Shown here: positions 55,751 through 64,000 of the stretch, one piece after another | How the letters are laid out: every line of letters begins with the position of its first letter | Numbering within the stretch: position 1 is the first letter of the stretch | Assembly: GCF_009914755.1 (NCBI RefSeq) | Contig: NC_060944.1 | Direction: 5' to 3' (one strand) | DNA from: the human T2T-CHM13v2.0 reference genome, Homo sapiens | DNA: 64,000 bases | Translations under genes and position numbers: made by a program | Notes under the pieces: model-generated | Told to the model about the DNA's origin: nothing | Seen by the model: only the letters and a program-made list of their open reading frames with translations | Database searches by the model: none

Positions 55751-56247
55751 TGGGAGAGGTGGCCTAGGGTGAAGCAGAGGGGAGGCTGATGGAGAAGATG
55801 GTTTGTTCACTGTGGAAAGGGGGTTCCAGGGAGCTTAGGTGAGAAGGGGCTGAAGGAAAGGTAGCAGTGGCAGGAACATTGTGAGTGTGTGGGATAGGGG
55901 ATGGGAGGGGCATGGGTAGGACCCTGGAGGGGTTTTCAGTCCCTTCATGGACTTGGAGACTGTCAGCCCCTCCTGGCCTTCCTGCCTCCTTGGCTGGCCT
56001 TGTCTACTTGCTGAATACTGGGGACCCCTCAGCCGGCAAGAGGGCCCTGCCTGGGGAATGGGCTAGCTAAAAGGTCCCCTGGAGTGTAGGGAAGAGGGCG
56101 GGGCCATCACCCTGAGTTTGGCTTCTGGTCAGTGGCACAGCAAGACCTGGCTGGGGGATGGGAGTCAGCCCATCTTCAAAGCCACTCGAACTCTGATTGA
56201 AAACCGTGCTCCCTATGAAACCTCAGTTTAAGATAAGCCCTCTAGCC

Positions 56248-56400
56248 CAGCGCTTCCTAAAGTTCAAGGTGCACAGGAGTCCCGTGGGGATCTGTCAGAA
56301 TGCAGATTGTGGTTCTGCAAGTCTGGGTGGGGTCTGGGAGTCTGCATTCTGACAGCACTTTGGAGATCTGCCATTGCTGCTCCCAGGACCAGCCTCAATT
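56248..56400. mobile_element. MER5A/B
   Basis: aatgcagatt...gtctgggtgggg..gagtctgcattctgaca. Confidence 0.8.
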
Positions 56401-56840
56401 CCAAACAGGTCGTTGCTCCTCAGTCCTATTTCGGTGTCTGGATGTGGGAATCTGTAAGTAGGGGAAGTGGAATAACCAAAGGGATGTGGCCCTAAGGTTG
56501 TCAGATCTTTTTGAGGCCTCATTTGCATAGGAAACTCACAAGAGCAGCTGTTGAGGCTGGCAGCAGTGCTTTCTCAGAGCACAAAGCAGTGCTCATGTGG
56601 CAGGAAAAGCCCCTGCCTGGGTCCCCTGGGTCTGTCTGGTGGTAGGTGTATTTTGAGGCAGGAGAATAAAAATAGTAAGATGGCTCTGAGCATTGCATCC
56701 ATTCTCCAATTTCATTGTTAGCACACTTCCTCCCAGGAGTGACAATTCCTGACAGCATCCTGAAACTGAATTGAAGCTAATGACAAAGATACCTGGGAGC
56801 TGGGCACAGCAGCTTTTGTTTGTACCAAACCTACGGCCGA

Positions 56841-57100
<260 letters not shown>

Positions 57101-57479
57101 AAGGCTTTTATAGATACATTTTCTTCTACAGAAATAGAGTTCATGACGGTTTTGTCGTGGTTTGCTAACATTTCTTTTCAGAAGTAAATGGCAGTGATAA
57201 CACACGTTCAATTTCTGGTTCTTTGTGAGCTACTGGTAGATCCTGAAACTGAACAGGCTCAACCATGGCCCTGGGGTATTCAGAGCTGAGATTTCAATTA
57301 AATTTGCAGAAGTGTCATAATAATACTTTTGAAGAGCACTTCATTTTCTCTGACAAGCTGCATACTGGAGAATTGTACATTTGTGATCAATAGTGGTTTT
57401 ATTCCTCTTCAGATATTTTGTGGGGAAGCAAGTCATATATTAGAGCCCTTTGGCAAAGCCATGACTAAAAATGAAGTGT

Positions 57480-59690
57480 CATCACTTCTGTGCCTTAAAA
57501 AATTTATTATGTAATATTTGATAGCTGAAAAGGAGTATCTGTAATACACATGTGTCAAAAGCATAACGACAACACAAACAGCCTAGGTACTGCCTCCCAG
57601 CCTAAGAAGCAGAGCGACTTCCATACCCAGGGCCTTCCTGCCTCCTCCCTGCATAGCCTGCCCCTGGCCGGGAATGACCACTGTCCTGCCCCTTATGTTC
57701 ATCACCTCCCTTCTTCCTTCTCTCTCTGAGTGGCTTCTATTGCACATGTGTGTCCCTAGGCAGGTGGCCTGGCCTTTGTATTTGAGCCCCTCCTCCAGTG
57801 CTGTCCTTTTGCTTGTGTCTTTTCTTCTAGGTGGGGCCTGTGTGTGCTCTCCTGTTTCTACCTGCTCCACTGCCAAACAGTCCCTCAGAGCTGACTCTTG
57901 TACTCTTCCCCAAAATATATGCTTTTTAATGATGAAGAGATGGGAATTGTGGTTTTTGTTTACTGCAGCCATTTATTTTCCCTATCAACACCTCAAGTGG
58001 TAAATCAATCTGTACAGAATATGTCATAGTTTAAAGAACTCTCTTCTTATGGGTATTTAAGTGGTTCCACAGTTTTTACTATTGTAAAAACCAGTGCAGT
58101 GAACATCCTTTTGCATGTATCTTTGTGCTTAACAACCAGTTATTTTCCACAAGATAAATCCCAATGGGTGTGAGTGCTGGGTCATAACAAGCATATACTT
58201 AGTGCTTTAAAATATGCATTGCCAAATTGCATTCCCAAGGCCCAAATTTATACTCCTATCACCAACATAAAATATTCCTTTCCTCAAACCCTTGCAAAGG
58301 CTGAGTATTGTAATTGTTTAGTCCTTATCAGTTTCATGAATCATAAGTTATATCTTATTGTTTGTATTTGTATCAACTTAATTGCTAATGAAGTTGAGCT
58401 CTTCTTTTCCACAAGCTCATTAGGCATTTGCATTTATTTACAATTTTTAAATTGATTGTGAATCTGGATTTTGGATCCAGATAAGCTTGATTATCTTCTC
58501 GTTTGCATTTTATATTTTCTCATTCAAGAATTAGTTTTGGCATTTGTATAACTCATTTGGCATTGTTACATTACTTAACATAATTTCCTTTATTATTCTC
58601 AAGAGGCTGGAACTCTTTTATGAGTCATTTATTCATTTATTTTTTAAGGATGGGAATGATGTTATATTTTCTGAATATTTGCGTGTTTTGGAATGTCTTG
58701 GTTGACATAGAATATTTGGGTCACCATCTTTTACTCTCAGACTCTGTGGACATTGTCCTGTCCTAGTGTTTGGTTGACTGAGTTCCTTACTTCTCTTCGT
58801 CCATTCCTCTGTTGTCATGCAGTCTTTTATTCACCCAACATATAGTTTGTCAGTGTCTTAGCGTCCTGCCTGTCCACTTGCATTTAGTGGTGTGGAAGGG
58901 AAGGTTAGTGCCCTTGTTATGGATCTCCTTTCTTAAATTTCCCTGAGGGTCGGTCCTTCCCTTATGTACTGAGCCTTTCGTTAGCTGATGGGATGAAGGA
59001 TTGTAGCCCTTCTGTAATGTTTTTTCATATTGTCTTTTCTGCATCTGCTCCGCTCCCTCCTTTTACAGTTCCTATCCTACAGATGACTGGATTTCCTGTG
59101 TTGAATTTCCAAGTTTCTGCTTTCTGCTTATCATCTTTTCCTCTGGGTATCAGAAAAATGACATGAACTGATTTTTCTGAATCATTGGTTTGGTTTTCTG
59201 TAGAACTTGATCTGTTGTTAACCACATCCACTGTGTGTGCTTTCTTTCTCCAATCAATTTAAGTTGTTTATTAAAGTATTATGAACATAATTCAATATCA
59301 CATAATACCTGAAGGTGTATAATGAAAAATAACACTCTCTGCCTGTTCTCCGCCCTCAATCCTTGTCCTCTTATCCATAAGCAACCAGCTTGAACATATT
59401 TTAAGCAATTTCTTTATGTATTTTTTCTCTATTTCTAAATAATGAACTTTTGCTATTTCTTGATTTATTAAAATTTGACATTATTTTTTCATGCTGCTAT
59501 ACAGATGAAGACTCAACACTCTTCACTCCCTACTACTTTCCCTCTCTCCATCATTGTTATGTCATTATTTTTAATTGATTCAATAAGCAATATTTATTGT
59601 CTGGACTCTGTAACTGTTATGCACCACAAAGCTGTGTTATATCCTATAATCTTTGTTGCTGTTGTTCAGCCTTTTGCTTTTCTGGGAGTG
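57480..59690 (-). mobile_element. Patchwork of ancient L1ME/L1M fragments
   Basis: ttatgggtatttaagtggttccacagttttt..gcagtgaacatcctt; ttgacatagaatatttgggtca (ORF1 antisense); internal boundaries unresolved. Confidence 0.6.
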
Positions 59691-60843
59691 TGTTCTTCTC
59701 TTTCTTTTCTCCTTGAAGCCTTGGGGAATGTACTTCTATTTACTCCTCCTGCTCCCAGGCCTTCGCTCCAGTGCCCCTCTGTGGAGCCCACTCTCTGGAA
59801 GCCTTATTAGCTCCCATGTGGGCTACTTGCTGTCCTGGCTGCTGAATGCACGTCCTGCCCAAATTTGGTCTCCACCTTTCTCCCAGGTCATGTCTACTGC
59901 TCTTCTAGGTTCCATGTCTTCCTCTCTTGTTTTATTGTTATTTTGTACAATAATTCTTCACTGTTCCAAATCTGCTTGCTTGGCACTTATACAAGGTATA
60001 GACCAAGTGGGAGAGGAAAAATGGTTCTCTTTTTCTTAAGACTCTAGTAAATTGAAGAAACATTTTGAATCACTTAAAGAACACTGTTAGTTTAAAATGC
60101 TCATGAAGAGTTTTCTGTTACCAATTATGCATTGGAATACCAACACTGAAATTGCTTAAGTATCTCCTTAAACTCTGTTACAGTTCATGATTATTAACCA
60201 GACATGTGCCGACAGGGTAATAGATGTTGACTAAAGTCTAAAGTTGATGTAGAATCAATAGGTGCTGATTACTTTTGCCTTCTGATAGCTTACGACCTAC
60301 AAAATGGTAAGGGTACACACACCAGGAGTACATGGGGGGCATGGCCAGTGCATCTCCTTCAGTGGAAAGGGAAATGGTTACTTCTGTCCTCTCTTTGATG
60401 TTTTACCATTAGCCCCATTAAAGGAAAAACCCAGGACATAGGTGTGGTGAAGCAAAGGCGACTTCAGCACTGGGAGTGTTAGAAGTGCAGTCGATACCTT
60501 GTTCCCCAGTAGGGTTAGGGAATGGACAGCAACATAATACAAAACCCTGGCTACTAGAGTGTATCGTTTGTCACACGTATGGAGTACTGGTTTTCAAAGA
60601 ATTAGCATATATAATAAAAATGTGACAAGATTATACTCAAACTTACTTGATCATTCCTTCTCATTCCAGCCTCTTTAAGTGCCTTGCAGGGTGGGGAGTA
60701 ATCCTGAACATCCGCCATGGCCTTCCAATATGTAGACACGTAAACCAATGTAAGCATCTGGTTAAGAGAGGTCCAGATAATGAGTTACACATAACGAATT
60801 CTCATGTTAACATGTGGTTTTTTTCAAAGCATTTAAAATGCTT

Positions 60844-61318
60844 GTGGTTTAGGTCCCCAAGTGAAAGGATTTAGGTATACAGGTGGTTTGTTTAGGAGGT
60901 CCTTCCATGAAGGAAGTGAGGACTAGGAAGGGAGGCCAAGGGAGGAAAGCCTAAAAGGGCACGTTAACCATCCCAGGTGTCCTCAGGGGGACTGTGTGGG
61001 ACATATCTCAGTTGGCTCAGTGGGCAGAAGGAGGGTGGGGTTCTTAGCACCCCATGTCTCATTTCTCAGTGACTGAGGACCACTTCTAGAATCCTTAACT
61101 TCTGGACACTTCTGGCCTGCCCTATACTCAGGCCTTGTGCCCGCCTGTGGCCACAGGGTGTCCTTAAGCAGAAAGGGGCAGGTGCTCAGGTAGGAGGCTG
61201 TGGATTTGCAGGTCAGTTGTCCATGGAGGCTGCAGGTGACCTCTGGGCTGGGGGACACAGTGGGCTCTGGCAGTGTCTGTGGTGGGGAGCTGACAAAGAG
61301 GTTTTGAGGGCAGCTACA
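60844..61318 (-). mobile_element. LTR33-like ERVL solo LTR
   Basis: Starts tgtggtttaggtcccc..aaggatttag..gtttgtttaggaggt and ends cagctaca. Confidence 0.65.
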
Positions 61319-63697
61319 CTGATAGGGAAACACTCTTGGGCTGACCTCTAACCTCTCCCATCCCACTATGGTCTGAAACAAGCAACCACTAGGGCCTGAA
61401 GGCTGGAGGTGTTCCACCATGTCCCCTTGCAGGGAAGGGGTAGACCAAAGAAACTTAGCTAAGTCAGAGTAATAAGAATAATAGAAAGGCAACTGAACTG
61501 TCCCTCTTCTTATTTTTGCATACTTAAAAGGGTTCTTTCAAACAATGGGGAATTAGAAAATGAAATTAGCTTGCATGATTTCAGATGGGGACAGATGCCT
61601 GTTTGCTTGATTAAAAAAAATTCTACAAAAACCTCAAGCAGAGTTAATAATGTATGAAAATTAGGTACCATGTGTGCACTTTGCTTCATAATGTTTTTGT
61701 TAAGCAACCAGTTGATTTAAAAATAATGCAATGCCACCACTGACATAATGGCACTCTACACGGTGTGTTATGGAAACATCCTCTCTTAATATTCTGTTGG
61801 GTTTTCCATTACACAAGGACATTTTTTTAAAAAGCTTTCAGAATTATCACATAATATGAAATTATATCAAGCTGCAGTTTGAGAAAACAAATTATTCACA
61901 TATAAATTCCAATTGTGTTTTAAACATGTTTTTATCAGCTAGAGGTAATGTACGGATGTAGGTCTCTATAGATCTTGTAAAATGCCACGTTAGATTCAGA
62001 CTCCTATCCTCAGATTTTTACCAATAAATGACATTTGCTCACTGCAGGTTGCCTCCTCCTTCTTTCCCCGTCCTACCCTCTGCCACCAGGCCTGTAAGTA
62101 GCAGGAAGAAACAGGGAGAAGCCAAAGGTCACAGACTCGTGGGATTTCAGTTCAAGAGATGTCCCACTTCTGAAGGGAAAGATGAATCTCTATACGAAGT
62201 TGACACATGGTCATTGGGCTGGCCAGTGGTGATGTCCTCTCCCTGAGTTTGAGTGCAAGTCTCCATCATTCTCATGATAATCCATTCCCGAAGATGTCTC
62301 ATCTTGCTACAAAGGGCAGTGGGCTTCTCAGGCTACTGTGCCCTTTTTGGGCTTTATTGCATCTGGACAGTAGTGGTGGAAAGTTGCCTTCCAGAAGTTT
62401 CTGTGGCCTAGCAGAGCACACTGAGGCATGGTGAAATTCAGAGAAACAGCCTAAACCATTTTTCTGTGTTCCACAGCATGCATTACTCTTACATTGTCTT
62501 GAAATTCTTCATTATTCAACTAAGCAAATACCAAATGACAGCTGGTTGTGTTTATCTCCAGGGTGACAGAATGATCACACAGCATGGTTTAAGTGACTTG
62601 ACAAAAATCAGAGCATTTGTTACTGGTGGTAGTTGATGGACACTCAGAAAGGACAGTGAGCATTGTGGAGATAAATTTCTAAAGCTATTGAAATGAGTTA
62701 ATGGGCTAATGGATGGGGGCATTTACCCTTTTGCCTTTAATTCATGTCTTGACTTCTGCGGGGTCTGGCTGGGCACGTCCTCTGCACAGCATCCTCTGGT
62801 TCCAGCCGTTCCCCCTGACATCAGCCGGGCCACAGGAGTGGGCGAGAATGCTGAGTAATCCACCTTGAGGTATTTTTAAAAGTAATTGCAGAGGAGATAT
62901 TTGATCTTTATGACTTGCACCATAAGACTTTTTTGGAATCTTTGCAAGGGTTTGGTTGTAACAGAACTTTTCCGTCTACATTATGATCTATAAAAATCAT
63001 AGTAACTGACTTTGTGGGATTTGAGTTCTTCTTTTGTTATTTTCTTTGCTTTCTAATTAGATTTTGCTCGTATGCAGGACAGAGTAGTCTGGCAGATAAT
63101 AACTAGCATTAAAGTAACTCAAAGATAGGGCCATACCTGGCATTGTCCAGCAAGAATGGAAACAGGGTGTGCTGTCCTGGACCTGTGGCAGTTACGAGAA
63201 GCCCCTGTGCAGGTGTTTGCGCCACAAAGAACCAGGTCAACTGAAGGCTTGGCCAGGAGTCCTGAGACCTGGTGCTCCTCCCAGCCTGACAGCTGCCTGG
63301 AGGTGGCATGAGGCGGGCTCTTATTTAACTGACCTCATCTCTATTGTGTTCAGAAGCAATCTTCAAATAATAATATCTGTTCTTGATTTTTCGGAATGCC
63401 AAAGGGGACAAATTGATTGTCACAATCTAAGGGGTCATTTATTTACTGAGTGTGAAGATGGACTTTTTAAAGAGCTTAAGATTTCAAGTTATGTGCATGG
63501 GCCCTTTGAGGATGGAGGTGCTCTTTTTGTAAATTGTAGACTCAAGACAAAGAATAAGTCTTGAGTTGAGTTGAGTTTTGTGGGGCTTATCACAAAAGTA
63601 AACTAGGACATCTATGAGAAGCTGTAATTTTTCACCATCATTCCCCAAAATCATGTTGGAAGTAAGTTTAAGACACCATCACCATCTCACTCTAGAG

Positions 63698-63893
63698 CAC
63701 CAGTGTCCAACCCTTTGGATTTAAGGACTTTTTTGCTTCTCTGTGGTGGCAGATATCATGAAAATTATGCACAGACTCTTTTTTTTCAGTAGTTCATCAA
63801 CTATCATTAGTGTAAGTGTATCTTATGTGTGGCCCAAGACAATTCTTCTTCTTCCAATGTGGCTCAGGGAAGCCAAAAGGTTGGACATCCATA
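63698..63893. mobile_element. MER30 (MER30B-like) hAT-Charlie MITE
   Basis: gtgtggcccaagacaattcttcttcttccaatgtgg..gggaagccaaaaggttggaca; perfect 8-bp TSD ctctagag (63690-63697, 63894-63901). Confidence 0.92.
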
Positions 63894-64000
63894 CTCTAGA
63901 GTAATCCTTCCTTTCAGGGATTTCCGGGCACCTGTGTTCTGAAAGGACTTGCCCATAAATCAGTTTTCTAGAACCCCTTCATGGCTAAATCTAGTGCTTA

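Overview
Primate, most likely human, genomic DNA (AluY/S/J, L1PA/PB/M, MaLR/ERVL/ERV1 LTRs, hAT and Tc1-mariner MITEs). I found no credible protein-coding exon, RNA gene, CpG-island promoter, CRISPR array or prokaryotic feature. Most L1 and LTR copies lie on the - strand and the + strand looks T/G-rich, which suggests one long intron of a + strand gene; I cannot name that gene. The ORFs in the supplied track are Alu-derived, L1/ERV-derived, low-complexity or chance ORFs. The most notable structures are: (1) a 3'UTR-only processed retrocopy at 22351-23901 (-), with AATAAA, poly(A) and 17-bp target-site duplications (TSDs), which from memory resembles CDV3 and was later split by an AluJ carrying a ~500-bp GA-rich tail; (2) a decayed ERV-L pol (RT connection, RNase H, integrase) without adjoining LTRs at 9620-11270; (3) a MER3 split by FRAM + AluJ + a twin-primed, 5'-inverted L1PA15/16; (4) a minisatellite made of palindromic units; (5) closely spaced inverted Alu pairs. 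I do not see a new multi-gene biological system. Repeat subfamily names come from recalled consensus sequences and need RepeatMasker/Dfam confirmation; boundaries of old repeats are approximate.
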